DNA of 64,000 nt from an uncultured delta proteobacterium (lineage in GTDB: Bacteria; Myxococcota; Kuafuiibacteriia; Kuafuiibacteriales; Kuafuiibacteriaceae). The notes under the pieces were generated by a model that was not told where the DNA came from, did no database searches, and was given only the letters and a program-made list of their open reading frames with translations. The stretch is taken from assembly GCA_963803435.1 (NCBI GenBank), contig CAWDML010000010.1, forward strand, positions 93,485 to 157,484. The letters are read 5' to 3'. Within the stretch, counting starts at the first letter, position 1. Each line of letters opens with the position of its first letter. This document shows, piece by piece, positions 1-10,144 of this stretch. Position numbers and translations under genes: made by a program.

Positions 1-513
1 GTGGCCAGCGGTGATTTGGACGTGGGCTTGTCCATCGGGTCGGCCCCCGTCGGCCCGCTGCTGGAGCGGGTCCGCCTCGGCACCTCTCCCGGTCTTGTGG
101 TGTGTGGGCGCTCCCACCCATTGTTCGCGCGCGGCCGCATCGATGAAAAGGCACTCCAGCAGCACGCCTTCGTGATCCCCGAGTTCCTCGGGCAGGAGCA
201 CCTTCCCGTCCTCGACCAATTCCCGGACGCCCGACACCCTCGAAGGATCGGCGCGACCATCGAGTTGCTGCAGATGGGCGTCCAGCTCACGCTCAGCGGG
301 AAGTACATCGGCTGCTTCCCGGAGATCTCGGTCCGCAGCCACGTGGCGGCGGGGACGCTCCGCGCACTGAAGGGGCTCGCGCCCTGGGCCCCGTTCGAGC
401 TCTACGCCGTCGTCAGAAAGGGCATCCGCCCCAAGCCGGCGGTGCCCATTCTGATCGACACGATCAAGGCCGGCCTGACCGCGCCCAGGGCGCGAGCGTC
501 CCGCCGCAAGTAG
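1..513 (+). CDS. LysR-family regulator, substrate-binding domain (5' end outside window)
   Basis: GDLDVGL...HPL...IGCFPEISVRSHVAAGTLRAL pattern typical of the LysR C-terminal domain. Confidence 0.75.
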   Translation: MASGDLDVGLSIGSAPVGPLLERVRLGTSPGLVVCGRSHPLFARGRIDEKALQQHAFVIPEFLGQEHLPVLDQFPDARHPRRIGATIELLQMGVQLTLSGKYIGCFPEISVRSHVAAGTLRALKGLAPWAPFELYAVVRKGIRPKPAVPILIDTIKAGLTAPRARASRRK

Positions 514-654
514 CGTGATAGGCCTCCTTCGCGGCCGAGTCGGCGCACGTAACGAAGCAGCGCCCGTGGGATCTCGACGCGGGCGGGGCGGCTATCGGTG
601 CTCGCGGGCGACGCCCACCAGTTGGCACGAATCGCGCGCGCTGGGCCCCGCTCC

Positions 655-1449
655 TCAGCCGAAGGTCCCGACGATCTTCGCTGTCGCGTCCTCGGGCGCG
701 TCCGCCGGCAGGGGAGCGCTCGAGCGGAGGAAGCGTTCGAGCCAGCGCCGGTCGAGGGGTGCGTCGAGATCGCGACGGTCGAGCGCGGCGATCGTCGACT
801 CGGTCTTCCGCCCGATCGCGGGGCCGCGGCCGACGGCGAAGCCCGAGAGCAAGAGCGCGGCTCGCGTCGAGGTGGCGGTGCCGAAGGTGTGGACGGTGGC
901 GCGCTCGGCGCAGGCCGCGCGCAGCGCGGTGAAGGTGGCGATGTTCCAGAGCTCGGGGCTCGCCTTGGGAGAGAAGGGATCCCAGAAGACGATGTCGGCG
1001 CGCCCGCCGGCGCGAGCCAGCGAGCCGGGGAGGTCGTCGAGGATCAGCCGCCACGAGGTCCGGTCGGTGGCGTGAGCGCCGTCGCGGAGCACGGCGCTTG
1101 CGGCGGCGGCCGCGCGCGGATCGAAGCCGAAGGCGGCCGCGTGCTCGGGCGCGAGGGCGAGCGCCAGCGCGTCCGCCGTGCGATCGAAGCTGATGATCCG
1201 CAACGGATGACCCGCGGGGCGAGCCTCCGACGCGCGCCACGCCGCCGCCGCGTTCGATCCGGCGCCGAGCCCGACGTCGAACAGCGTGATCGGGCCCTCG
1301 ACGAGTCGCCGGACGAGGCGCGCCGGCTCGACGTAGAGCGTGGTCGCCTCCACGAGCGGTCCCACGGGATGCATCAGCTCCCCGCTCTGTCGGTCCCGCA
1401 TCGCCCGCGGGCCGTCGCGGGTCTCGACCACCTCGAACCGCGAGCTCAT
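655..1449 (-). CDS. MnmC/MnmD-type SAM-dependent tRNA wobble methyltransferase domain protein
   Basis: DVGLGAGSN SAM motif and DIVFWDPFSPKASPELW (cf. MnmC DAWFLDGFAPAKNPDMW); ATG at 1449 overlaps tgt stop (ATGA). Confidence 0.8.
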   Translation of the reverse strand: MSSRFEVVETRDGPRAMRDRQSGELMHPVGPLVEATTLYVEPARLVRRLVEGPITLFDVGLGAGSNAAAAWRASEARPAGHPLRIISFDRTADALALALAPEHAAAFGFDPRAAAAASAVLRDGAHATDRTSWRLILDDLPGSLARAGGRADIVFWDPFSPKASPELWNIATFTALRAACAERATVHTFGTATSTRAALLLSGFAVGRGPAIGRKTESTIAALDRRDLDAPLDRRWLERFLRSSAPLPADAPEDATAKIVGTFG

Positions 1450-2570
1450 GCGCCGTGCTCGTGTCGATCGATCGCCCGAAGCATTCGGTCGGCGAACGCG
1501 TCGTAGGTCCCGGCCTCGATCGCCGCCCGCGCCTCGACCATGAGATTGTTGTAGTGGTGGAAGTTGTGCAGCGTCAGCAACCGGTACCCGAGCGGCTCCT
1601 TGCACTTGAAGAGGTGGTGGAGATACGCGCGGCTATGACGCCGGCATGTCGTGCAGTCGCAGGAGGCGTCGAGCGCGACGTCCTGCCCCGCGGCCTCGCC
1701 CCGCGTGACCTTCACGCGGCCTGTCGACGTGAATGCGGTGCCCTGCCAGGCGAGGAGCGTCGGGATCATGCAGTCGAACATGTCCACGCCGGCGCGGATC
1801 GCGACCAGCAGATCCGCAGGATAGCCGACCCCCATGAGATAGCAGGGGCGGTCCGGCGGGAGCAGGCCGGTGGTCGACTCGACGATCTCGACCCGCTCGG
1901 CCTGGCTGTCCCCGACGGCGAGGCCGCCGATCGCGAACCCGTCGAAGTCGTGGGCGGTGAGAAAGGCCGCCGAGGCGCGGCGGAGCTCGGGCACGACCCC
2001 GCCCTGCACGATCGCGAAGAGCGCCTGCTCGGGGTTCGTGCGGGCGGCCAGGCTCCGGAGCGCCCAGCGGTGGGTGCGGTCCATCGCCTCGCGCATGGTC
2101 GCCTCGTCTGAGCGGGAGTCGAGGCAGACGTCCAGCACCATCATGATGTCGGATCCGAGCGCCGTCTGCATCTCGAGCGAGCGTTCCGGCGACAGGAGGT
2201 GCACCCGCTGATCCACGTAGCTCCTGAACCGCGCGCCTTTCTCGCTGATGGTGCGGTCGGACGCGAGCGAGAAGATCTGATAGCCGCCGGAGTCGGTGAG
2301 GATCGGCCCCGACCACCCCATGAAGGCGTGCAGGCCGCCGACCCGCTGGAATAGCTCGATGCCGGGGCGCAGCATCAGGTGGTACGTGTTACCCAGGACC
2401 ACCTGGACACCCGAGCGCCGCAGGTCCTCAGGCTCGAGCCCGGTGACGGTCGCACGCGTCCCGACCGCCATGAACGCCGGCGTCTCGATCGCGCCGTGGC
2501 GGGTCTCGATCCGACCGCGTCGCGCCCGGGAGGTCACGTCGTGCCGATGAACACGAAACGGGAGCGTCAC
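1446..2570 (-). CDS. tgt: tRNA-guanine(34) transglycosylase
   Basis: TPAFMAVGT, NTYHLMLRPG, LTDSGGYQIFSL, GGLAVG, YLMGVG, DMFDC, Zn ligands CDCTTC and H. Confidence 0.95.
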   Translation of the reverse strand: MTLPFRVHRHDVTSRARRGRIETRHGAIETPAFMAVGTRATVTGLEPEDLRRSGVQVVLGNTYHLMLRPGIELFQRVGGLHAFMGWSGPILTDSGGYQIFSLASDRTISEKGARFRSYVDQRVHLLSPERSLEMQTALGSDIMMVLDVCLDSRSDEATMREAMDRTHRWALRSLAARTNPEQALFAIVQGGVVPELRRASAAFLTAHDFDGFAIGGLAVGDSQAERVEIVESTTGLLPPDRPCYLMGVGYPADLLVAIRAGVDMFDCMIPTLLAWQGTAFTSTGRVKVTRGEAAGQDVALDASCDCTTCRRHSRAYLHHLFKCKEPLGYRLLTLHNFHHYNNLMVEARAAIEAGTYDAFADRMLRAIDRHEHGA

Positions 2571-2633
2571 CGGGGGCTCTGTACCATCGCCCCGGGGCGC
2601 GGACGAGCCGAGGTGTCGAGTCGGGAGAGCGCC

Positions 2634-2825
2634 TTACCAGTAGTAACCGCGCCGAACCGTCCGGCGGGCGACGCCCGCATAGCTCAAAGGCGTCAAGGGC
2701 ATCCCGATGACGGCGTTCGCCTCTCCCGAGCCGAGGATCGGCATCTCGAAGGACGGGACGCCGCCCATCCATACGAACGCACTCGTAACGAGGGCCAGCC
2801 CCAACTTGATCCATCTACGTTTCAT
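2634..2825 (-). CDS. small secreted protein with AGVARRTVRR motif
   Basis: Signal-like N-terminus; IGMPLTPLSYAGVARRTVRR; AGGAGG RBS upstream; directly follows DUF2092 gene. Confidence 0.7.
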   Translation of the reverse strand: MKRRWIKLGLALVTSAFVWMGGVPSFEMPILGSGEANAVIGMPLTPLSYAGVARRTVRRGYYW

Positions 2826-2846
2826 GATGACTACCTCCTCACTCGC

Positions 2847-3683
2847 TCACTCGAGCGAGCTGGTCTCCTGTCCTCCGCGGTGAGCCTTCTTTGCCGCCGC
2901 GGCTGCCTTCCACGCCTCGTCGAACTTGATCTCTTGCGCGCCCTTCGGAGGCTTGAACGCGAACATGTCGGCGGTCAGGAGAGGAGCGACATTCCAGTTG
3001 CTCACCTCCACCGAGAACTGCGGGAGCGAGGCGACCTTCTTGCTGGTGATGACGAATCTCCTCGGCAGCGGCCGCGGGCCGGCATCGATCCAGATCTCCC
3101 AGTTGGTCTCGTTCCCCTCGAAGGCCAGATGGTGCACCTGCACGCCGCCCACCTGTTCGGTGCCGAGATATTTGCCGGCAACGACGTCCTCCGTGAGGAT
3201 CTCGTAGGGCGAAGCGTAGAGGAGATCGCCCGCCGGCGCGTCGAGCTTGAGCTTCTTGCGGCCGAAGTCGATCGCCTCATCCAGCGTCCCAGGCGCTGAG
3301 GTGGTGGCGTAGACGTTGCTCCTTCTCCCGAAGAGGGTCATCTTCGAGCCGTCGTAGTACAAGGATGCGTCCACCGGTGCGCTGAGCCGATCGCTGCGGA
3401 GGTGGTTCGGCCGTTGAAGGTAGACATTCGACGTCGCTGGAAATTGCAGCTTCTGCCCCGACTCGAGAACGATCTCGTCGACCGAGTCGGCCTGGAAAGT
3501 AAACGCTGGCAGGTGCGCCAGGTAGTCGCACATGTTCCGCAGGACCGAATCGGCCTTGGGCTGGATCTGCGGCGCAGCCCGCGGCTCTTGCTTCGACTCT
3601 CCCTGCGCGAAGACGACGGTGCCGATCGCCGCCGCGCAAACGGCGACACCGCCATAGAGCATCCATTTCCATCTGTCGTTCAT
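2847..3683 (-). CDS. DUF2092 periplasmic protein (LolA-like fold)
   Basis: GQKLQF, LQRPNHLR, YYDG, HHLAF, WEIWIDAGPRPLPRRFVITSK, F.FKPPKGA. Confidence 0.85.
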   Translation of the reverse strand: MNDRWKWMLYGGVAVCAAAIGTVVFAQGESKQEPRAAPQIQPKADSVLRNMCDYLAHLPAFTFQADSVDEIVLESGQKLQFPATSNVYLQRPNHLRSDRLSAPVDASLYYDGSKMTLFGRRSNVYATTSAPGTLDEAIDFGRKKLKLDAPAGDLLYASPYEILTEDVVAGKYLGTEQVGGVQVHHLAFEGNETNWEIWIDAGPRPLPRRFVITSKKVASLPQFSVEVSNWNVAPLLTADMFAFKPPKGAQEIKFDEAWKAAAAAKKAHRGGQETSSLE

Positions 3684-3753
3684 GGCTGGATCGGAGAAGC
3701 AAGCGATGTGCCGCGCTTCCAATTCGGAGCGCATCAAACGAAGGGGCGAGCGA

Positions 3754-4575
3754 TCAGGCGACCGCGATCGGGAAGAAGTCGTTTCGCACCACCAGGAAGC
3801 GGCGCGGGTCGGACGGGTCCACGAGCGCGATCAGCTTGGAGCCGCCCTCGAGGAGGATCGGTGTGCCCTTCTTGGGGTTCATCAGCACCTGCCGCTCCGT
3901 CGGCCCGCCGTTCGTGAAGTGCTCGGGCAGGAGGAAGACATAGATCAGCGAGCCGGTCTTGCGCCCGTTCACGAGCTGCTCGTCGACGCGGGAGACGACG
4001 CACTCGACCTCGACGCCCACTCGGGCCGCATGCGTCTGGGCGCGCGTGGTCCGGAAGGCGGCGATCCCGACGATGAGCAGGCTGCCGCCGATGAGCCCGA
4101 CGCCGACCACCGTCATGAAGGCGAAGGAGGCCCAGCGGCCCTTCGAGGCCTGGGCCGCCCAGTTGAGCGCGAACTCGTCGGGCCGGCCCCGGTGATAGCG
4201 AACGGCCGGCTGGGCGGCCTCGTCGGCGGAGCTGAAGAGCAGATCGAAGTCCACCTTGCCCGAATGGAGCACGCCATCCTCGTCTGCGAAGCGGACGTTG
4301 AGCTTGTAGGAGTTCAGGATGAAGTCCCTGGACTCCTTTTGCCCCTCGACCTCTGCGGGCGCTTGGACCTCGCCTTCGGCCCAGAGCCGCTGATCCCGTT
4401 GTAGCGTCTGGACCTCACTCCATTGCCAGACGGCATAGGCAGCGGCGACCGCCACGGCGGCCAGGCAGAGGAGCCCCGCGCCCGCCAAACGCTTGAAAAC
4501 GTATCCGGAGACCAGCTGGCGCGGCGCAGGAGGGAGCAGGGCGGGCAACTGACTACACGCCCCGCGCCGTGGCAT
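3754..4575 (-). CDS. hypothetical membrane protein (two TM segments flanking a beta-rich domain); start uncertain
   Basis: Only the 3' part of ORF 3754..5760 looks coding; the 5' part shadows the + strand gene. Confidence 0.65.
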   Translation of the reverse strand: MPRRGACSQLPALLPPAPRQLVSGYVFKRLAGAGLLCLAAVAVAAAYAVWQWSEVQTLQRDQRLWAEGEVQAPAEVEGQKESRDFILNSYKLNVRFADEDGVLHSGKVDFDLLFSSADEAAQPAVRYHRGRPDEFALNWAAQASKGRWASFAFMTVVGVGLIGGSLLIVGIAAFRTTRAQTHAARVGVEVECVVSRVDEQLVNGRKTGSLIYVFLLPEHFTNGGPTERQVLMNPKKGTPILLEGGSKLIALVDPSDPRRFLVVRNDFFPIAVA

Positions 4576-4647
4576 CAACTGGGAAAGTCCGAGGTGTGCG
4601 CCGCGTAACCGTCCTACTCTCGGTCGCTTGTTACCTTGAGCTCTCCG

Positions 4648-7618
4648 ATGGAAGACGAGCCCCTGAGGGGGGTCCTCGACCCAGACTTCCTGGCGCTCGG
4701 TCTGGGCGGGACCAACATGATGGCCATGCTGTGGTCGGTGGCGATGGGCCGCCGGGCCGTCGGCGTGGAGATGCGCGGTGATCCCTTCCTCGGCGTGCAT
4801 TGGAACATCCGCGAGGATCTCTACCACCAGCTCGGATTGATCGATCGGATGATGCTCGAGCGCTACGGTGAAGCGGGTGTGCCGCTGCGCGCCGACGGCA
4901 CGCTCTTTCGTCTCGCCGACTGCTTCTACAGCGTGGAGACGGTCGCCGGCGACATCGTCGCGGACGAGATCATCGACGGCTACGACCAGCATCAGCACAT
5001 CGTCGGCTCTATCCATCACGTCGAGTTCATCGACGATCGCTGGCGCGACGGGATCCCCAACCGGGTCGTCTCGCTGTTGACGCCGCCGAAGCCTCCGGAC
5101 GCGCCCGACCCTACGCGGATCCGCACCAACATGATCGAGGTGCTCGACGGTCCCTCCACTTTCCAGGCGGGCGCGGCGTCGGTCTTGGTCTTGCTCCGCC
5201 GCTACCTGGAGCGGATCGAGCGGATGGACCTGGACAGCGGACGGGATCCGCCGCGCGTCCGCCTCTTCACGCGCCACCGCGTGATCACCGCCGAGCAGGA
5301 CGGCTTTCACCGCCTCCCCGACGACCGACTGCAGGTCCGTATCGAGGCCCTCCAGGAGCTCGACTTCAAGGGCAAGTTCGTGCGCGTCCGAGCGCCCGGC
5401 ACCGAGGTCATCGACGTCGGAGTCCCCGAGCTGATCATGATCGCTCAGGGCTTCGACAGCACGGACGCGACCCGGTTGGGGTTCGTCCAGGAGGACGTCA
5501 AGGTCGACCACCACGACGGTCGCGGCGAGGTGGTGGCGCAGGCGGACTTTCTGGCGGGCTTGATCGAGGTCCTGGTGGGCGGGCGCCTCCGCCGGCGGAA
5601 TCTCCTCGGAGTTCGACCGCGACGGCAAGGAGTACTGGGTCCGGCAAATCGCGGTCGGGCACGAGAACGATCCCGAGGTGGGCTGGGTGCTGGTGCAGGT
5701 GCCCGACTTCAAGACGTTCGATCCGATCGAGGCGGGCCTGGTCCCGGCCTCGATCGACAAGGAGTCGCCCGAGTTCTTCGCCGCCTACCAGCACCTCGTC
5801 TACGACTACTTCATGGAGCAGTCGGCCGAGGTGCTCGAGCTCCCCAAGAAGGACCTCATGAAGGTCCAGATGGTCTACGGGCCCAAGCTGTTCAGCCTGA
5901 TCGAGCGGATGGGGAGCGACGCGCAGGTGGCCGGCAACTGCGTCGTCGCCGGGGACTCGTTCGGCAACGGCCACTTCCTGACCAGCGGCGGCGCGATGAC
6001 CGGGATGGTCGGACACAGCATGCGCGTCCTGACCTACTGGCACGCCCGCGACGGCGGCGCCTCCGCGGGCGATTCGATCCGGGCGCTCGCCGAGGGGATC
6101 CGGGAGGACACGCTCGGCTGGCTCCGCGTCAGCGCGCAGGAGTACAGCGAGGCAGTCCCGATCAACTTCGGGGCGGAGCGGATCAAGAAGATCGCCGCCG
6201 GCAGCGGGATCGCGGCCAGCGCGCGCGCACACTCGATCGACTCCACACGCCGAAAGCGACACTCGCTGCTCCCGCTCGATCCCTCTGACTGGCGCCGTCT
6301 CTTTCTTCGCAACGGCCGGGTGCTGTCGGCGCCGCTCCCCGAGCTCCACGCGATGCACCCGGCGCTCCGGGCGCAGCGCTCCGCGAAGAAGGGCACCAAG
6401 CGGACCGTCGCGTTCGTGGCGCGGTCGCTGATGCCCGGGATCGTCCGCTTCGTGCAGGCGCTCGCCGGGCAGCCGGGCGTTCGCCTCGGGCTGATCACCT
6501 GCGATCCGCCGGAGATGCTCCCGCGCAACCTGCGGGAGCGGCTGGCGGCGCACGCGCTGGTCGCGGAGCCAATCGACCCCGAGCGGATCGGCGAGGCCGT
6601 CCGGTCGATGTCCTGCGACCTGGGGCTCCCCGAGATGTTGCTCGCCACCTGCGAGGATCTCCAGCTTCCGCTGGCGGAGGTGCGGAGCACGCTCGGGATC
6701 GGGGGCATGGGCGCCGACATCGCGGCGAACTTCCGCGACAAGCCGCGGATGAAGGCGCTGCTCGGCGCGGCGGGGCTGCCGGTGGCGAAGCACAGTCTCG
6801 TCGAGACGTGCTCCCAGGCTGCCGACTTCGCACGCCGGGTCGGCTATCCGCTCGTGGTCAAGCCACCCGGTGGAACCAGCGCGCGCTCGACGCTGCGAGT
6901 GGAGGGCGAGGATCAGCTCCGCGGCGCGCTCGAGCGGCTCGGCGCCGAGCCGGGTCGTCCCGTGCTCTGCGAGGAGTTTGTGGCCGGGCGCGAGTGCTCG
7001 CTCGAGGTGATGACCATCGGGGGCGTGCCGGCCTGGTGGTCGGCGACGCGCTGCGATCCTGCTCCGCTCCACGTGCTCGAGAATCCCTGGATCCAGTGGA
7101 CCGTGACGCTCCCGCGCGAGCTCGAGGATCCGGCCGACGTCGACGTGCGCCGCATGGGCTTCTCTGCGCTGAGGGCGCTCGGGATCGGCTCCGGCATCTC
7201 GCACATGGAGTGGTTCCGGCGCGCCGACGGGACCGTCGCGATCTCGGAGATCGCAGCCAGGCCGCCGAGCTCGCCGATCGTGTCGCTGATGGGGCAGGCC
7301 CACGGAGCCGACGTCTATCGCGCGTGGGCCAACGCGGTGGTGCACGGCCTGTTCGCGCCCATCCCGCGACAGCACGCCGCCGGCGCCGCGTTCCTGCGCG
7401 CGCAAGGGTGCGGTGATCGCGTGCGCGCGGTGGTCGGCCTCGAGGAGATCCAGCGGGAGCTGGGCGCGCTCATCACAGAGGTGCAGGCGCCCCGGATCGG
7501 CCAGGCCCGCTCGGGCTCGCACGAGGGGGAGGGCGTGGTCCTGGTGCGCCACGCAGAGACCAAGGTGGTGGACGAGGCGCTGCGGCGCGTGATCGAGCGC
7601 GTTCGAGTCGAGGTGTAG
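4648..7618 (+). CDS. flavoprotein-like N-terminal domain fused to ATP-grasp domain; frameshift at ~5599
   Basis: LALGLGG Rossmann start, IAQG, VVAGDS..GH...SGG motif; ATP-grasp RDKPRMK, YPLVVKP, CEEFV.G.E, HMEWF, EIAARP; removing one A at 5599-5600 joins ORFs 4636..6288 and 5678..7618. Confidence 0.75.
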
Positions 7619-7620
7619 CG

Positions 7621-8154
7621 CTACTCGGACACCTTGTAGCGATCCGCGAGGCTGCCGGCGTCGGCGCGGCCCGAGCGACCCTCCATCAGATCCGAGATCT
7701 GCTGCGTGAGCTTTCGGTGGCGCTGCGACAAGAGCCGCGCCATCGCGGCGACCAGCTTGTATGCGGCGAGGCTCCCCTCCTCGAGCTGCTCCTCGAAGAG
7801 CGCCCGGCGGAAGCGGAAGACCGTGAGCGCACCCAAGGCACGCACGCTCGCCGAGCGGGCCGAGCCGTCGAGGATCGCCATCTCGCCGAAGCATGCGCCC
7901 GGGTCCAGGACGGCGATCCGGACCGGCCCTGCGGTCATGTCCTTCACGACCTCGGCCTGGCCCTCGAAGATCACGTACCAGGCGTCGCCCAGGTCGCCTT
8001 CATGGAAGACTTGCTCGGCGTCCTGGAGCCGCTGCACCTCCATGATGCGGACAATCTCGCCGCGCTCCGCCGGATCGAGCCCGTCGAAGAGCGGCGTCGA
8101 CACGAGGAAGCCGATCACGGTCTCGAGCGAGATGGGCGCGTCCACGTGAGTCAT
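7621..8154 (-). CDS. cyclic-nucleotide-binding domain protein (no HTH)
   Basis: VFHEGDLGDAWYVI, FGEMAILDGSARSASVRA. Confidence 0.9.
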   Translation of the reverse strand: MTHVDAPISLETVIGFLVSTPLFDGLDPAERGEIVRIMEVQRLQDAEQVFHEGDLGDAWYVIFEGQAEVVKDMTAGPVRIAVLDPGACFGEMAILDGSARSASVRALGALTVFRFRRALFEEQLEEGSLAAYKLVAAMARLLSQRHRKLTQQISDLMEGRSGRADAGSLADRYKVSE

Positions 8155-8277
8155 CTGGTTATCCCAACGGGAAGTGGCCGCCAACCGGCGCGGTGTCGAG
8201 CGCGGCGTCGATACACGACAATGACGCTCGGTGTAGGTTGGGAACGAGGTGACCAGTTTCGGGGATCGGGAGCGGAT

Positions 8278-10137
8278 ATGGCAACATCATCGATGATGCG
8301 GCGCGCGCTGCTTCTCGCTGGTCTCGCGAGCTGCTTCGGCGAGCCGACCTACGAGGGACGGCGCTGCTCCAATCAAGAGCCCTGTCCGGAGCCGCTGGTC
8401 TGCGACACGGGCGGCATTTGCCGCTCCTCCGGGTCGGACGCGTCGGTGATCGAGGAAGAGTGCACGAGCGGTCGTGTCGAGAGCTGCTACGAAGGGCCGG
8501 CGGGGACCCTCGACGTGGGCCCCTGTCGCGCCGGCAGCCGCAGCTGCGTCGACGGGCGCTGGTCCGCGTGCCAGGGTGCGATCCTTCCGGCGCTCCAGGA
8601 GAGCTGCGATGGGCTCGACGACGACTGCGACGGCGTGGAGGACGACGGCTGTCCCTGCGCCCCCGATGAAAGCCGGCCCTGCTACCCGGGCCCCGCCGGA
8701 ACCTCGACGGTCGGGCTCTGCCATCCGGGAACACAGCGCTGCAACGCGGGCGCCTGGGGCGGCTGCGATGGCGCCGTCGAGCCGGCTGCGGAGATCTGTG
8801 ACGGCCTCGACCAGGACTGCAACGGGGTCGAGGACGATGGCACCAACAGATGCGGCGGGGCGTGCCCGCTGGCGAACGAGCCGGGCGCGCCCTGCGACGC
8901 CGCGGAGGATCTCGACCTCTGCCCGGACGACGCCTTCGCCTGCGATGGTCTCAACGCGACGGTCTGTGTGGAGGGCGGCGTCGATGCGGACGGCGACCAC
9001 TACTCCGTCGGCCCCCTCTCCTGCCAAGGGGACTGCGACGATTCGGACCAGGCTCGCAACCTGAGCGATCCGGACAGCTGCACCATCGTCCTCGACGGAG
9101 TGCTCTCCGGCTTGTACGACCACCCCGGCATGATCGTGCGCATCCCGATCCGCGTCGACGTGACGCCTTATGACGGCAACGATCTCCTCGCCGCCTGCGA
9201 TCCGGTCGACTCCGGATGCCTCGAGATCCGCGCGGCCGAGATCCACGTCGACGGGCTGCTCTCGGCGCGCGGCTCGGGCCACGGCGGGGGCGGAGGCGGC
9301 GGCGGCGGTGCCGCGCGCTGCGCATCGACCGGCTGCACGCCGGCCGCCATGACCGGCACGATGGGGCCGGGTGGCGCCGGCGCCCGCGACGGGCTCGTCG
9401 GCGGGGGCGCGCCAATCAGCAGCACCCACGGAGGTGTCGGCGGACGAGGGGGAGGAGAGAGCGGCGGCGATGGTGGCGCGCGCGGATACCTCTTCGGCTG
9501 CGGAGGCGACTCGTTGCCTGGCGCGAATGGAGCTCCGGGCGGATACGGCGCCGGATCGCCCGGCCTCAACAACGACCAGACGACGGATCGGACCGTGCTC
9601 CTCGGATCGGGTGGCGGCGGCGGCGGTGGTGGCGCCTCCAGCGAGTGCAACGGCATGGCCGGCTTCGCGGGCGGCGGCGGAGCCGGGAACCCTGGCGGCG
9701 GCCTGGTTCGGTTGCTGGCCAGCGAGCGGATCGTCGTCGACGGTACCATCGACGCGCGCGGGCTCGTCGACTCCGCCGGCGACGGGATGGCCGGCGTGAA
9801 CCCGAGCAACTGTACGAACGTGGATCTGGCGGACGTGATCCCGGGGAGCGGCGGCAACGCGAACCTTCCCGGCACCAGCTCACCGTCCGGCCACGGCGGC
9901 CTCGTCTGCAGTCAAGCTTCACCCTCGGACGGGGGCCGCGGCGGCGGCGGCGGCGGCGGCGGCGTTTTGCTCGTCGCGCCAGCCGTCGCGATCAATGGGA
10001 GCCTGGATCTGCGCGGGGGCGGCGACGTCGTCGACAACGGCGGCACGCTCAAGATCTTCTCCTCCACCATCACCGGCAGCGCGGGCACGTTCTTCGGTCG
10101 CCTCTGCGTGGGCGAGATCGACGACGCCTGTCAGTGA
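8278..10137 (+). CDS. Cys-rich (CDGLDDDCDG repeats) plus Gly-rich surface lipoprotein
   Basis: LLAGLASC lipobox; repeated CY.GPAGT..VG.C and CDGLD.DC.G units; GGGGGG-rich C-terminal domain. Confidence 0.8.
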   Translation: MATSSMMRRALLLAGLASCFGEPTYEGRRCSNQEPCPEPLVCDTGGICRSSGSDASVIEEECTSGRVESCYEGPAGTLDVGPCRAGSRSCVDGRWSACQGAILPALQESCDGLDDDCDGVEDDGCPCAPDESRPCYPGPAGTSTVGLCHPGTQRCNAGAWGGCDGAVEPAAEICDGLDQDCNGVEDDGTNRCGGACPLANEPGAPCDAAEDLDLCPDDAFACDGLNATVCVEGGVDADGDHYSVGPLSCQGDCDDSDQARNLSDPDSCTIVLDGVLSGLYDHPGMIVRIPIRVDVTPYDGNDLLAACDPVDSGCLEIRAAEIHVDGLLSARGSGHGGGGGGGGGAARCASTGCTPAAMTGTMGPGGAGARDGLVGGGAPISSTHGGVGGRGGGESGGDGGARGYLFGCGGDSLPGANGAPGGYGAGSPGLNNDQTTDRTVLLGSGGGGGGGGASSECNGMAGFAGGGGAGNPGGGLVRLLASERIVVDGTIDARGLVDSAGDGMAGVNPSNCTNVDLADVIPGSGGNANLPGTSSPSGHGGLVCSQASPSDGGRGGGGGGGGVLLVAPAVAINGSLDLRGGGDVVDNGGTLKIFSSTITGSAGTFFGRLCVGEIDDACQ

Positions 10138-10144
10138 GCGAGGC

